In this document: one piece after another, positions 45,137 through 55,511 of the stretch
How positions within the stretch are numbered: position 1 is the stretch's first letter
Layout: the number at the start of each line of letters is the position of its first letter
Source of the DNA: Candidatus Saccharimonadales bacterium
Lineage (GTDB): Bacteria; Patescibacteriota; Saccharimonadia; Saccharimonadales; JBGSXW01
Assembly (NCBI GenBank): GCA_041751215.1
Contig: JBGSXW010000002.1
Location: 350,591-414,590 of the forward strand
Reading direction: 5' to 3'
DNA length: 64,000 bases
Program-made: the position numbers and the translations under genes
Notes under the pieces: model-generated
The model's input: only the letters and a program-made list of their open reading frames with translations
Told to the model about the DNA's origin: nothing
Database searches by the model: none

Positions 45137-47059
45137 TTAGTCGCGTCTTAGTAATGTCGTGAAGGCTTCGGGCGGAATATCAACCTTCCCAAACTTCTTC
45201 ATTCGCTCTTTGCCTTTTTTCTGTTTGGCTAGAACTTTCTTCTTCCGCGAGACATCTCCACCGTACAAACCTTTGGTCACATCTTTACGAAAAGCCGACA
45301 AGTCCTCGCGGGCAATAAACTTTGACCCGATAGCTGCCTGGAGGCTAACTTTAAACTGTTGCCGCGGGATAATGTCTTTGAGTTTTTTGACAGTTTCGCG
45401 CCCAAGACGATCAGCTTCGCTGCGATGAGCCATCAAACTTAGGCTGTCTACCATCTCGCCAGCCACTAAAAAGTCGACTCGGACTAGTTCTTCGGTTCGG
45501 TAATCATCGAGTTCGTAGTTAAAAGACCCGTAGCCACTTGTGGAGCTTTTGAGTTGATCGTAAAAATCGGTTAAAACGTTTGCCAACGGAGCTTCAAAGG
45601 TAATTAGTGCGGTTTTATCGTCAATAAAGTCTAGGCCTTTTTGCAGACCGCGTAGTCCAACCACTAACTGAATGACTGTCCCGACATAATCTTTGGGGAC
45701 AATTATCTCGCCCTTGATCCAAGGTTCTCTGATTTCAACAATGCGACTAACGTCCGGAAGTTCTCCGGCATTTTTAATTTCTATGTCTTCGCCATCGGTC
45801 AGGCTAACTTCGTATCTGGTTGAGGGGTTGGTGATGATCAAATCTAAGTCATAGCCGCGTTCTAGCCGTTCTTTAACAATCTCGAGATGCAGCAACCCTA
45901 AGAATCCCACTCTAAATCCAAAGCCTAGAACCTGCGAAGTTTCTGGCTCGTAGCTCAACGAAGCGTCGTTAAGCGAAAGTTTAGATAGCGCATCCTTGAC
46001 CCGGTTATAGTCGTCGGATGAAGCAGGGAATAGACCAGCATAAACAAATGGTTTGACTTGCTTATATCCTGGCAGCGCTTCTGAGGCAGGATTTAATTGC
46101 AAAGTAACAGTGTCGCCAACTCGAGCATCGGCAACCGTTTTAAGATCAGTTACGATGTAGCCAATCTCGCCAGTTTGCAGAAACTTTGTGGCTTGCCGCT
46201 TAGGAGTCGTGAAGCCAACTTCATTGGCAATTGCGCCTGCACTTGTAGCCATCATTTTAAGCTTGGCTTCTTTATCAATTGCGCCGTCAACAACTCGAAC
46301 CGATAAAATAACTCCTCGATAATCGTCGTACATGGAGTCAAAAATTAGAGCACGAGTCGGAGCGTCTTTATCGCCGGTCGGCGGTGGAACCTGTTCAACT
46401 ACCGAACTTAATACGCGGTCGACGCCCTCACCGGTTTTAGCCGAAATCGGGATAATGTCTTCTTTGCCGCAACCTAACAGGTTAATAATTTCCTGGCTAA
46501 CTCGGTTAACATCTGAGGCCGGCAGATCAATCTTGTTAATGACTGGGATTATCTTTAGGTCAGCCTCGATTGCTAAATAAACATTGGCAAGTGTTTGCGC
46601 TTGAATCCCTTGAGTAGCGTCAACTACTAGCAAGGCGCCCTCGCAGGCTACTAGGCTACGAGAAACTTCGTAGCTGAAATCAACATGACCTGGTGTATCA
46701 ATTAAATTTAGTTGGTGGCCTTGATAATCCATCCGTACGGGCTGCAACTTAATCGTTATGCCCTTTTCGCGCTCGAGATCCATTTGGTCAAGCAGTTGAG
46801 CCTTCATTTCTCGCCGCTCCACTGTATTGGTCAATTCGAGCAAGCGATCAGCTAGCGTAGATTTGCCGTGATCTATATGCGCAATAATACAAAAGTTCCT
46901 GATCGCCTGCTGACCGACCGCATTCACCTGCCTACCGGCAGAGCCGGCTGCACCGTGAATGCTCTTGGCGGACTGCTTTGTCTGTGACTCCGGTACTCGC
47001 TCGTCGTATGTCATATACGGCGTGCTCCGTTCCTCGTCACATCCTTGCATTCCATCCAA
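45137..47059 (-). CDS. lepA: translation elongation factor 4 (LepA)
   Basis: IIAHIDHGKST, DTPGH, NKID and the LepA C-terminal domain. The N-terminal extension is uncertain (alternative start ATG 47014). Confidence 0.95.
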   Translation of the reverse strand: MDGMQGCDEERSTPYMTYDERVPESQTKQSAKSIHGAAGSAGRQVNAVGQQAIRNFCIIAHIDHGKSTLADRLLELTNTVERREMKAQLLDQMDLEREKGITIKLQPVRMDYQGHQLNLIDTPGHVDFSYEVSRSLVACEGALLVVDATQGIQAQTLANVYLAIEADLKIIPVINKIDLPASDVNRVSQEIINLLGCGKEDIIPISAKTGEGVDRVLSSVVEQVPPPTGDKDAPTRALIFDSMYDDYRGVILSVRVVDGAIDKEAKLKMMATSAGAIANEVGFTTPKRQATKFLQTGEIGYIVTDLKTVADARVGDTVTLQLNPASEALPGYKQVKPFVYAGLFPASSDDYNRVKDALSKLSLNDASLSYEPETSQVLGFGFRVGFLGLLHLEIVKERLERGYDLDLIITNPSTRYEVSLTDGEDIEIKNAGELPDVSRIVEIREPWIKGEIIVPKDYVGTVIQLVVGLRGLQKGLDFIDDKTALITFEAPLANVLTDFYDQLKSSTSGYGSFNYELDDYRTEELVRVDFLVAGEMVDSLSLMAHRSEADRLGRETVKKLKDIIPRQQFKVSLQAAIGSKFIAREDLSAFRKDVTKGLYGGDVSRKKKVLAKQKKGKERMKKFGKVDIPPEAFTTLLRRD

Positions 47060-47189
47060 GTCGGCAACAGCGATTTTTTATAGAAGCGGGTCATTAGGTT
47101 AATAGTATAAGATCTTGAGCTAAAAGCACAAAGCGAAATCTATAAAATTATATAACTTCCTGACCTTCTTTTCAGCAATCAAGCACAAG

Positions 47190-47394
47190 GAAGCCTAGAT
47201 TCCTGCTTCCGCAGGAATGACAAGGTTTTGGTCTAAGTTCTTTTCGCGGATGAAATGCAAGGAAGATGTGAAGCACAGAGGCGGGCTGTGCAAGTGGCAC
47301 TGCCCCCGAGTACTGGAGCGTCTGACGCAGAGCCGGCAGAGCTGTTGGCTCTGCCAACAGGCAGGCCGGCGACAGTTCGCCGTGAGAGGTTAGG
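47190..47394 (-). repeat. GC-rich structured intergenic element, copy B
   Basis: The core 47258-47332 aligns to copy C at 53/75 without gaps (hand count) and to copy A with small indels. Hairpins lie at 47199-47218, 47335-47355 and 47367-47382. It abuts the murJ stop. Confidence 0.6.
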
Positions 47395-48987
47395 CTATTG
47401 AATACGAACTGGCTTAAACACAAAGTCAGTAATCTTGCGCACAACTGGGATCGACTCCTTTAGCTGAAGGGCATAGGAGAAACAGAGGTAAACCACCAGA
47501 GTTAGCGCAACCGATAGCACAAACTTAGGCACCAGCGAGAAGAACCCAACATCAGTAATTCTAAGTGGCAGAACTCGTATCAGGAAGTACATGGTGGCTG
47601 AGGTAAATATCGCGGCAATTACCATCCTTAGCAAACCACGGAAAAACTCAGGCTCAAACAAACCGGGGAATCGTCGACTCAAAATGTATATCAAAGTCAA
47701 AACCTCAAAGACGGCCACAATTGATTGCGCCACAGCCAAGCCGTAAATACCTAGATTGGCACCCCACGGAAGCACCAAATAAACCGCCAAGGCAATGTTT
47801 AATAGAATCGCAAACACTGAAACAAAGAATGGTGTTTTGGTATCTTGCTGAGCATAAAAGCTACGTGACACCAGGTGAAAAATACCTCGGAAGAAGATAG
47901 CCATGACCAATAGTCCAAGCAAATCGGCAATGATTGCGTTTCCATCCGCCACTAACAGGCGCACGATATATCCACGCCCAAAGTAGGCAACAATTATGAC
48001 CGGCAGGCTGATCCAGATTAAAACTCGCAAAATGCTGGTGAATTCTTTTTTAAACAAATCCGGCCGACCTTGGTTTAAGCGCTCGCTCATTTGTGGAAAC
48101 GCGGCAGTTGAAATAGCCACGCCAATTAGGTTGATCGGTACCCAGTGCAGCGTAAACGCAACTTCCCAAACGTTAATGAACCCGCGGCCAATACGAGAAG
48201 CCAAGTGAATCTCAACAATACTGTTAAAGTAATCGATTCCCTGGTCGACCGATCGCCAAGGCAGTAAGCTAAGCACCTGTTTAAAGCCACGGCTCCGCCA
48301 GTTAATTCGGTTGTGATACTCAAAACCAATACCAATCATTCCAATAGCAGCAATAGCTAGCTGGGCAAACGACCCCAGCAGCACACCGTAAGCCACACCA
48401 ATAATCCCTAGTTGTGGAGCCAAAAAGACAATCCCAAAAATTATGCCCAGGTTGTAAATGGCTGGAGCCATAGCAAAAAAGAAGAACCTACCCATGGCTT
48501 GCTGAACACTAGTTAAGACACTGGAAATCGCAAACAAAAACGGGTTGAAGGCGATTATTCGCATCATAATTGTAGACAATTCTTTACTGGTTGCCGACAT
48601 TTCATCGGACACAACCAAATCCACAATCTGCCCAGCAAAAATAATGATAAAGATGCTGGCTGCAAAAATAATTATCGCTAAAAAGTTAAGCAAACTAGAC
48701 GACATATCCCAGGCGGACTTCTTATTTCCGTTGGCTAGTCGCTCGTTTAAAACCGGGATGAAGGTGACGCTAAGAGCGCCTGAAACCAAAATGATAAACA
48801 TGAAGTCGGGGAACTTAAAGGCCACGCGGTAAGCATCGAGTTCTTCACTGAAAACCCCAAACTGGGTAATGAGCAGTCGCTCCCTGAAAAGGCTCAAAAT
48901 CATGCCAAAAAAGCTCATGCCGGCCAGCAAGGCTGCTGCCCATCCAATCGATAACTTGGAATTAGCTTTGTTTAGCCATTTTCTCAT
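47395..48987 (-). CDS. murJ: lipid II flippase MurJ (MviN family)
   Basis: A 14-TM MOP-superfamily pattern with the conserved N-terminal segment ...SRLLGFIR-like (FRERLLITQFG). Confidence 0.85.
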   Translation of the reverse strand: MRKWLNKANSKLSIGWAAALLAGMSFFGMILSLFRERLLITQFGVFSEELDAYRVAFKFPDFMFIILVSGALSVTFIPVLNERLANGNKKSAWDMSSSLLNFLAIIIFAASIFIIIFAGQIVDLVVSDEMSATSKELSTIMMRIIAFNPFLFAISSVLTSVQQAMGRFFFFAMAPAIYNLGIIFGIVFLAPQLGIIGVAYGVLLGSFAQLAIAAIGMIGIGFEYHNRINWRSRGFKQVLSLLPWRSVDQGIDYFNSIVEIHLASRIGRGFINVWEVAFTLHWVPINLIGVAISTAAFPQMSERLNQGRPDLFKKEFTSILRVLIWISLPVIIVAYFGRGYIVRLLVADGNAIIADLLGLLVMAIFFRGIFHLVSRSFYAQQDTKTPFFVSVFAILLNIALAVYLVLPWGANLGIYGLAVAQSIVAVFEVLTLIYILSRRFPGLFEPEFFRGLLRMVIAAIFTSATMYFLIRVLPLRITDVGFFSLVPKFVLSVALTLVVYLCFSYALQLKESIPVVRKITDFVFKPVRIQ

Positions 48988-49047
48988 CTTGAACTTAGTA
49001 TAGACCCTGCGCCACTTTTCATGACATCAATTTTTTCATCGATCGGT

Positions 49048-50253
49048 CTATAAATCACGGGCAAACACCTCAAAGACAGCATTGGTCCAAGCAAATCCAT
49101 GCTGAATTGGATAAACACCTTCGGCCGCTCCAGCATCTGGATCTACCACGTTGTACTTTTCGTAAAACCGCCCTGTCTTAGCGTAAGCTCTTAGGTTAGT
49201 GGACAGCCACTTTTTACGGATTCGCTTTGCTTCATCGTGATAGCCGTATCGCTTTAAGCCCTCGACCACAAAATAATGTAGTGGCGCCCAGCCGTTTGGT
49301 GAAGCCCATTGTTTTAGCGAGTAGTCTCCATCCTCTGGTGGTGTGGTGGCGAGCCCGTAAGGTGTTTCAAAAAGATCAAGCTTGCTCACTAGCTGGGCAG
49401 CCCGCTTGCTGCTAACCATTCCGACGAACATCGGTACATAAGCGGCAAGTGAATAAACTTTACCGGAGACATCGCCAATAAAATCGTAGTCAAAGTAAAA
49501 CTCTCGGGATTCCTGCCAAAGGTTGGCATCAACTACACCCGAGCGCGTCTCGGCTCGATCGTGCCACTCTGCTGCAGCCAATCTATCTCCAGCTTGCTCA
49601 TAGTATGTCGCCAGATCTTTTTCATACTTCCAAAGAAAAGCGTTTAAATCGATTGGGATGAAGTTAAGACAACGACCATCAAAGCGCGGCGTGTAATCCC
49701 AACCACTCTCGGCTTCGGCCAGCTCGTTTAACATATTGATATCGTAGTAACGCGACAAGCCTTTAAAGATACGGCGGTTGTGCGGGTGCAAATTCGCCAT
49801 CCAAACATTGTGATATTCGGCTTCGGCAGCCTTCATTGCCTCACTAAGAAAATCATGGTCACCGGTTTTCTCGTAGACCATCATGGCCTGAGTCGTTAAG
49901 GTCGGCGGTTGAGACCTTCCTAGCATGTAGTAACGACTGGCATTTGGAACCATGCCGAATCGACTTATCAACTCAACCTCATTTTCTACTATGCCTTTGG
50001 CTAAATCAGTGCGATCAGAAGCCAAGAGGCCCGTGATTATAAAAAGATTATCCCAGTAGTACATTTCATCAAACACAAACCCAGATGTATCGTCGGCCGA
50101 GGGAACAATGTATGGATGTGGGAGCCCAATCAATGTTTGTTGATCGTGAGAATTCTTTCGCTCTAGCTCCTCCCAATAACTATCGGCATACGACAGCGCG
50201 GTTTGGAGGAGAGCATCATCAATACTGGTGTGTAGGTTAGTGTTTGTTTGCAT
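49048..50253 (-). CDS. trehalase-like glycoside hydrolase (GH37)
   Basis: F.EMYYWD and QWASPNGWAPLH resemble GH37 signatures 1 and 2. Confidence 0.7.
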   Translation of the reverse strand: MQTNTNLHTSIDDALLQTALSYADSYWEELERKNSHDQQTLIGLPHPYIVPSADDTSGFVFDEMYYWDNLFIITGLLASDRTDLAKGIVENEVELISRFGMVPNASRYYMLGRSQPPTLTTQAMMVYEKTGDHDFLSEAMKAAEAEYHNVWMANLHPHNRRIFKGLSRYYDINMLNELAEAESGWDYTPRFDGRCLNFIPIDLNAFLWKYEKDLATYYEQAGDRLAAAEWHDRAETRSGVVDANLWQESREFYFDYDFIGDVSGKVYSLAAYVPMFVGMVSSKRAAQLVSKLDLFETPYGLATTPPEDGDYSLKQWASPNGWAPLHYFVVEGLKRYGYHDEAKRIRKKWLSTNLRAYAKTGRFYEKYNVVDPDAGAAEGVYPIQHGFAWTNAVFEVFARDL

Positions 50254-50320
50254 AAGAGCTTACGCAAATTATAACGTTACCAAGCAGTTTATACGAGGGC
50301 TATTTCGATAAACTTTTTAT

Positions 50321-52174
50321 CTAGTAAAGCGAAGCTTCTTTGGGCATTTTTGTACCCTTTAAGATTTTTTCGACTTCTTCGGCTTCGACTGTTTCTTTGT
50401 CGATTAGCTCGTCTTTGAGTTTATCTAGGAAAGATCGGTTGGCTTTAATTACCACCTCGGCCCGACGCGCAGCCTCTTCGATTAGTTGTTCGACTTCTTT
50501 ATCAATTAGCTTGGCTGTTTCTTCAGAATACGGACGCTCGTGCACAATTTTATCGATCATCATTCCACCTTCATCCTGATGAAAAACCTTGTTGCGAGTA
50601 GTTTTACCCATGCCTTGCTCGATAACCATCTCGCGCGCTAATTCGGTTGCCTTTTGCAGGTCGTTTCCAGCACCGGTCGTAACGTGTTCTGCTCCAAGCA
50701 CAACTTTCTCGGCCACTCGCCCACCAAGCATTCGCGCCAAAACATCTTTGTACTCAATGATCGAGTGATAGCTTTTGTCTTCTGGAGGAATAAACCAGGT
50801 GACTCCGCCGGTAGCTCCGCGCGGAATGATTGTAACTTTATGAACCATGTCAGAATCTGGCAAAACCTGCCCAACTACAGCATGGCCTGCTTCGTGATAA
50901 GCGGTTATCTGCTTTTCCTTTTCGCTCATAATCTTGCCCTTGCGCTCTGGACCGATGGCCACCTTTTCAAAAGCATTCGTTACGTCTTGGCTGATAATGG
51001 TTTTTCGGTTATGTCTGGCTGCTAGAATTGCAGCTTCGTTAGCAATATTAGCCAAGTCAGCACCTGAAGATCCGGCGGTTTTAGCGGCCAGCGCATCGAG
51101 GTTTACATTTTTTTCTAGCGGCTTGTTCTCAAAATGAAGCTTCAAAATTGCTTCTCGGTCTTTACGGTCTGGCAAAGCCATACCAACTCGACGGTCAAAG
51201 CGACCAGGACGAAGCAGCGCCGGGTCAAGTACGTCGGCTCGGTTGGTAGCAGCTAGGACGATTACGTTGGTTCCTTGCTCGAACCCATCCATCTCAACCA
51301 GGATTTGGTTAAGGGTTTGTTCGCGCTCATCGTGACCACCACCCATTCCGCTGCCACGGCGACGGCCAACGGCATCAATCTCATCTACAAATATAATGCA
51401 CGGTGCGTTTTTCTTAGCTTTAGTAAAGAGATCGCGCACACGACTAGCACCCACACCAACAAACATCTCTACGAATTCAGAACCAGAAATGCTAAAGAAT
51501 GGAACGTTGGCTTCACCGGCTACGGCTCGAGCCACCATCGTTTTACCAGTTCCCGGAGGGCCCACTAGCAGCACCCCCTTTGGAATCTTAGCGCCAACAT
51601 CGCGGAACTTCTTAGGAAACTTTAAAAACTCTACAACTTCTTGCAAATCTTGCTTGGCTTCTTCGTTTCCGGCAACATCGTTGAATAGAATTTTTTCTTT
51701 GTCATTGCCGTAAAGCTTGGCTTTAGACTTTCCGAAATTGAGGGCTTGGCTACCCTGTCCTTGAGCTTGGCGCATCATAAAGTAAAAGAATCCGATGATA
51801 ATCGCGATCGGCAAAATCGTTAGTCCGATGCTTAGCCAGGCTTGGTTATCGGCGGCCGGCTTAACTGAAAGTGAAAACTTGGTTTCGTCAAAACCTTGCT
51901 CGGTCAAACTCGAAGATGGGTCCTTACGCGACTCTATAGTTGGGTTTTCTTCGCCGGCAGGTGTAATTATTAGAGTGTCGCCCTCTTGGACGATTAAGTC
52001 TATCTCGCCAGCATTGGCCTTGGTTCGAGCTTCAGAAAGCGGAACTTCAGTTAGTTGTGTGGTGTCGGAAAAAGCGGCCACAACTGTAAGTCCTAACACT
52101 AGTAAAATGGCTACAAAGCCGATGTTCTTCATTGATTTGTTTGGTTTCTTTGACAACTGTTTTACCACGTACAC
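50321..52174 (-). CDS. ftsH: ATP-dependent zinc metalloprotease FtsH
   Basis: GPPGTGKT, the SRH region and the HEAGHA zinc motif. Confidence 0.98.
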   Translation of the reverse strand: MYVVKQLSKKPNKSMKNIGFVAILLVLGLTVVAAFSDTTQLTEVPLSEARTKANAGEIDLIVQEGDTLIITPAGEENPTIESRKDPSSSLTEQGFDETKFSLSVKPAADNQAWLSIGLTILPIAIIIGFFYFMMRQAQGQGSQALNFGKSKAKLYGNDKEKILFNDVAGNEEAKQDLQEVVEFLKFPKKFRDVGAKIPKGVLLVGPPGTGKTMVARAVAGEANVPFFSISGSEFVEMFVGVGASRVRDLFTKAKKNAPCIIFVDEIDAVGRRRGSGMGGGHDEREQTLNQILVEMDGFEQGTNVIVLAATNRADVLDPALLRPGRFDRRVGMALPDRKDREAILKLHFENKPLEKNVNLDALAAKTAGSSGADLANIANEAAILAARHNRKTIISQDVTNAFEKVAIGPERKGKIMSEKEKQITAYHEAGHAVVGQVLPDSDMVHKVTIIPRGATGGVTWFIPPEDKSYHSIIEYKDVLARMLGGRVAEKVVLGAEHVTTGAGNDLQKATELAREMVIEQGMGKTTRNKVFHQDEGGMMIDKIVHERPYSEETAKLIDKEVEQLIEEAARRAEVVIKANRSFLDKLKDELIDKETVEAEEVEKILKGTKMPKEASLY

Positions 52175-52204
52175 TCCTATTCGTTGCTGGGATTCAGTCT
52201 CATA

Positions 52205-53113
52205 TTATACCAGTCTCTTGAGTTCTAAGTTGTTTCTTCCTGAAGTTAAGGCCAATCCGCCGCCCACCTGATAGGTTTTTCCGGCCTTGGCTGTCTTGGC
52301 AAAATGAACAACCTTTTCAACAGTTTTAGTCGAGAGCTTTCCGTGTTCGGGCTCGTGCCGCAGCAACTGAGCAGCAACCTCTTTGGCCACAGCGTGTGGC
52401 AGCTGAGCAAAGCGACTACGATTTAGGTCCTCGCCTAGCCACTCGTTTAGGTTTGCGAGCTCTGAATCAATGCCAGATTCTTGCTTGATAAGTTGATCTC
52501 TAATTTCAAGCAGGCTCGTTCTAAACTCAGGGTCGGTTTTTTCGAGCCGCGGCAAAACAACGTGACGAAAGTGATTCCGTAAGTAGTTGGTGTCTTGGTT
52601 GGTTGGATCCTCACGCCAATCAATGTTTTGGTCCTGAGCGTACTCCACAAGTTGCTTTTTTGAGTAATCTAACAAGGGGCGAATACGATTTGGAGCGCTT
52701 TTAAGTGAGGTCAAGCCGCGCCAGGAAGTTCCGCGCCATAAGTTAATTAGCATAGTCTCGACTACATCGTCTTGATGATGGGCGGTAACAATTGCGGTGC
52801 ATTTGTTGTCTTTGCTCGTCTTTTCTAAGAATTCATAACGAGCAGCGCGCGCAGATGCCTCGTTTTTTAGCAGGCCTGGCTTGGCCTTTTCTGTAACAAA
52901 CTTGAAACCGTAACTCGCAGCCGCATCAGATACAAAATTACAATCACGATCCGAATTCAAGCGCATCGAATGGTCAAAGTGAGCCACAATCAACTCGATT
53001 TGTTTTTGCTTGGCCAGCAATTCTAAGAGCACCATCGAATCAACGCCGCCAGAAACAGCAATTACATACTTACCTGCTTTGATGTCATCTATTCTCATGT
53101 CTTTAACCAGCAT
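52205..53113 (-). CDS. tilS: tRNA(Ile)-lysidine synthase TilS
   Basis: SGGVDSMVLL PP-loop. Confidence 0.87.
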   Translation of the reverse strand: MLVKDMRIDDIKAGKYVIAVSGGVDSMVLLELLAKQKQIELIVAHFDHSMRLNSDRDCNFVSDAAASYGFKFVTEKAKPGLLKNEASARAARYEFLEKTSKDNKCTAIVTAHHQDDVVETMLINLWRGTSWRGLTSLKSAPNRIRPLLDYSKKQLVEYAQDQNIDWREDPTNQDTNYLRNHFRHVVLPRLEKTDPEFRTSLLEIRDQLIKQESGIDSELANLNEWLGEDLNRSRFAQLPHAVAKEVAAQLLRHEPEHGKLSTKTVEKVVHFAKTAKAGKTYQVGGGLALTSGRNNLELKRLV

Positions 53114-53120
53114 ACTCTTG

Positions 53121-54497
53121 TTAGTCTGAGACTTCGACTGCTCGGCTCATGTCCTGATAAAGCTTAAGAAAGTCTTGCCAGTCAGCCAACGCAGCAATTT
53201 TATTCACGTCCCCGGTTTCTACTCGGTCTCCGTCACGGTAATGAAAGCTGACTCCCGCCAGCCCAAAGGCTGTTAGCTTTCCTGGTGCATCAATTCTAAA
53301 TAGCTCTTGTTTCTCCTGAATACCAGACCTACACTGCGCAACTCTATAAGTTGATTCGCCCAGATTAAATGTTTGTGGTGACAGCGCTGCGGCTAAATAA
53401 TTTGCTGCTGGTGATACAGCCACTCGAACTCTGTCCCCGATTATGCCTGGGCCATCTCGGAGCGTATCAATCCGTTGGCGAATTGCTCTAAGGCGGTGCC
53501 TCTCCCACTCAAAAGGCTTTACTGGTTTTTGTTCTAGATCGGCCTGCAAGACATTTGATACAACAACGACACTACCTAACAGAGCGTAATTTGAGCGTTG
53601 CAGTAGGGCCTCTTCTCGATTTGCTAACAGTTCTTCGATGTCTGATTCAACGAGCTTAAGCGCGCCCTCAACCAGCTCCACACTAACTGGCGAACTATTT
53701 AGTGGGCCTCTTGCAAACTCTGCAGTTTCGACAGGCGCCTGGTAAAAGGTTCTGCGGGATTTTGCTACGACCTCTTCAATGCGGGCTAATGCAAGTTCAT
53801 CAAGTTCTTTCTTTTCGCCCGATTGGTCTTTTTTCTTCTTTTTGGGATCTTCGGATTGGATCTTGGCTCTAGTTTTTGCCAACGCATCATCAAAACATGG
53901 ATTGGCTAATACATTTTTAATGTCGCAGACAGCACCTGCGCGCTCATCGGAGTCGGTCAGAAGCCGGCGCTGTATCCGACCTTGGTCAAATTTGCCAACT
54001 TTGCTCTCAGCTATGTCTGTCTGGTCAGGAGATGCCAAAAGCTCAATCTCTCGCCGGGCGTGTGTCTTGCAGTCGGTTTCGGTAAGCACCCACTTAAACA
54101 AGGCATCGTCCTGCTTGGCCATGGTAAGAGTTACCAAGCTTAGGCCGTCAACTCCGAGTCGAGCTTTGGTATCGGCTTTAGTCTGTTCATTAACATTTGC
54201 CAGAGCAAACTCACCCGAAGCTCCGCGGAAAAACTGTACCGATACCTCTGATAGATCGTCATCTTCACTAGTTAGAATGTTTGGCCACATGCGCTCGATA
54301 TCTTCAAAGCTACCAAGCGATCCCTCGCCTATTGTTTGCTGATTAGAATAAAGTAAGACGCTCTGTTCTGGACTGATGAGCCCCGGTTCAGGCCAGTGCC
54401 AGCCGTTTTTTCGTGCCTGCAAATCAATGGTTTCAAGTTCAAAAAAAGCACCCTGTTCGGGTGCCACCGGTTCAGCATGTGAGTCTATTACAGTCAT
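53121..54497 (-). CDS. hypothetical protein (458 aa, no recognised domain)
   Basis: A long ORF with an internal K/E-rich linker (DPKKKKKDQSGEKKE). Confidence 0.5.
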   Translation of the reverse strand: MTVIDSHAEPVAPEQGAFFELETIDLQARKNGWHWPEPGLISPEQSVLLYSNQQTIGEGSLGSFEDIERMWPNILTSEDDDLSEVSVQFFRGASGEFALANVNEQTKADTKARLGVDGLSLVTLTMAKQDDALFKWVLTETDCKTHARREIELLASPDQTDIAESKVGKFDQGRIQRRLLTDSDERAGAVCDIKNVLANPCFDDALAKTRAKIQSEDPKKKKKDQSGEKKELDELALARIEEVVAKSRRTFYQAPVETAEFARGPLNSSPVSVELVEGALKLVESDIEELLANREEALLQRSNYALLGSVVVVSNVLQADLEQKPVKPFEWERHRLRAIRQRIDTLRDGPGIIGDRVRVAVSPAANYLAAALSPQTFNLGESTYRVAQCRSGIQEKQELFRIDAPGKLTAFGLAGVSFHYRDGDRVETGDVNKIAALADWQDFLKLYQDMSRAVEVSD

Positions 54498-54572
54498 ACT
54501 GAGGTTTAATTATAGCTCATTTTGAGCCTACAACATATAACTAATGATGATGCCTGTATAATAAACGCCAGC

Positions 54573-55496
54573 ATGAATCATTTAGTTTCACTCGATCAAC
54601 TGCTCGACACAGAATTATTGGCAAAACTATTTGACCGAGCAGCTGAGTTCAAACTCTTAAGCAGCCGCGATTACCCTCAGGTACTGCAAGGAAAAACCGT
54701 GGCAACGTTGTTTTACGAACCCAGCACTCGCACGCGCTTGTCTTTTGAAGCAGCGGCGCAAAATTTGGGTGCACGTCTAATTAGCACTGAAAACGCCGGT
54801 CAATTCTCGTCTGCTGCAAAAGGGGAGTCGCTAGAAGACAGTATTTGCACTGTTGGCTGTTACGCTGATTGCATCATTCTTAGGCATCCAGAAAAAGGCG
54901 CATCCCACGCCGCTGCCGAAGTTTCTAAAGTGCCGATTATCAACGCTGGCGATGGCGCCGGTGAACATCCAACCCAGGCCATGCTAGATTTATTTACGGT
55001 TCTTGAATCCAAGCCAAATGCTAGTGATTTATCAATTGGCCTAGTGGGCGACTTACTGTACGGTCGCACCATTCACTCGCTTTGCCAATTGCTAGCTCTC
55101 TACAAGCCCAAAACCGTTTACGCGGTTGCTCCGTCTGGCTTAGAGTTGCCAGCTCAGTATGCAAAAACCCTAAAGGAGTCGGGAGTTGATCTAAAGCAGG
55201 TTGATAACTGGGACGAGGCCATCACGAAAATTGACGTACTTTATATGACAAGAATTCAGCGTGAGCGCTTTGCGACAGAATCGCAATATCTAAAACTCAA
55301 GGACTCGTTTGTTCTAACGCCTGACGAAGTTAAGAAAATGAAAAGCGATGCTATGATCCTTCATCCATTGCCAAGAGTAAACGAAATCGACCCGCTTGTA
55401 GATGCCGATCTTCGTGCCCTCTACCTTGAACAAGCGCGCAATGGATTGTTTGTTCGAATGGCGTTGCTTGAGTATGCAATAAACAGACCTTCATAG
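54573..55496 (+). CDS. pyrB: aspartate carbamoyltransferase catalytic subunit
   Basis: STRTR, HPTQ, GRTIHS, TRIQRERF and HPLPR are all present. Start chosen at ATG 54573 (MNHLVSLDQL), 10 nt after TATAAT. Confidence 0.9.
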   Translation: MNHLVSLDQLLDTELLAKLFDRAAEFKLLSSRDYPQVLQGKTVATLFYEPSTRTRLSFEAAAQNLGARLISTENAGQFSSAAKGESLEDSICTVGCYADCIILRHPEKGASHAAAEVSKVPIINAGDGAGEHPTQAMLDLFTVLESKPNASDLSIGLVGDLLYGRTIHSLCQLLALYKPKTVYAVAPSGLELPAQYAKTLKESGVDLKQVDNWDEAITKIDVLYMTRIQRERFATESQYLKLKDSFVLTPDEVKKMKSDAMILHPLPRVNEIDPLVDADLRALYLEQARNGLFVRMALLEYAINRPS

Positions 55497-55499
55497 TGT

Positions 55500-55505
55500 T
55501 ATATT
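55500..55505 (+). promoter_or_regulatory. -10 hexamer TATATT (with TGn) exactly 6 nt before ATG 55512
   Basis: TGT-TATATT-AGATTA-ATG. Confidence 0.35.
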
Positions 55506-55511
55506 AGATTA

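Noticed and set aside
47383-47393. GTGAGAGG at the right end of element B, which resembles the tRNA-Pro 3'-end fragment (GGTGAGAGGAC).
   Set aside because: Only 8 nt match, and the order relative to the core is inconsistent with the tRNA-Pro loci. The match is too weak.
47172-47444. Track ORFs 47172..47444(-) and 60534..60815(-), which share LQYSxAV.
   Set aside because: The shared peptide comes from the nucleotide-level repeat. The third copy (A) has indels and a stop in that frame. The ORFs also overlap the murJ end and a tRNA fragment.
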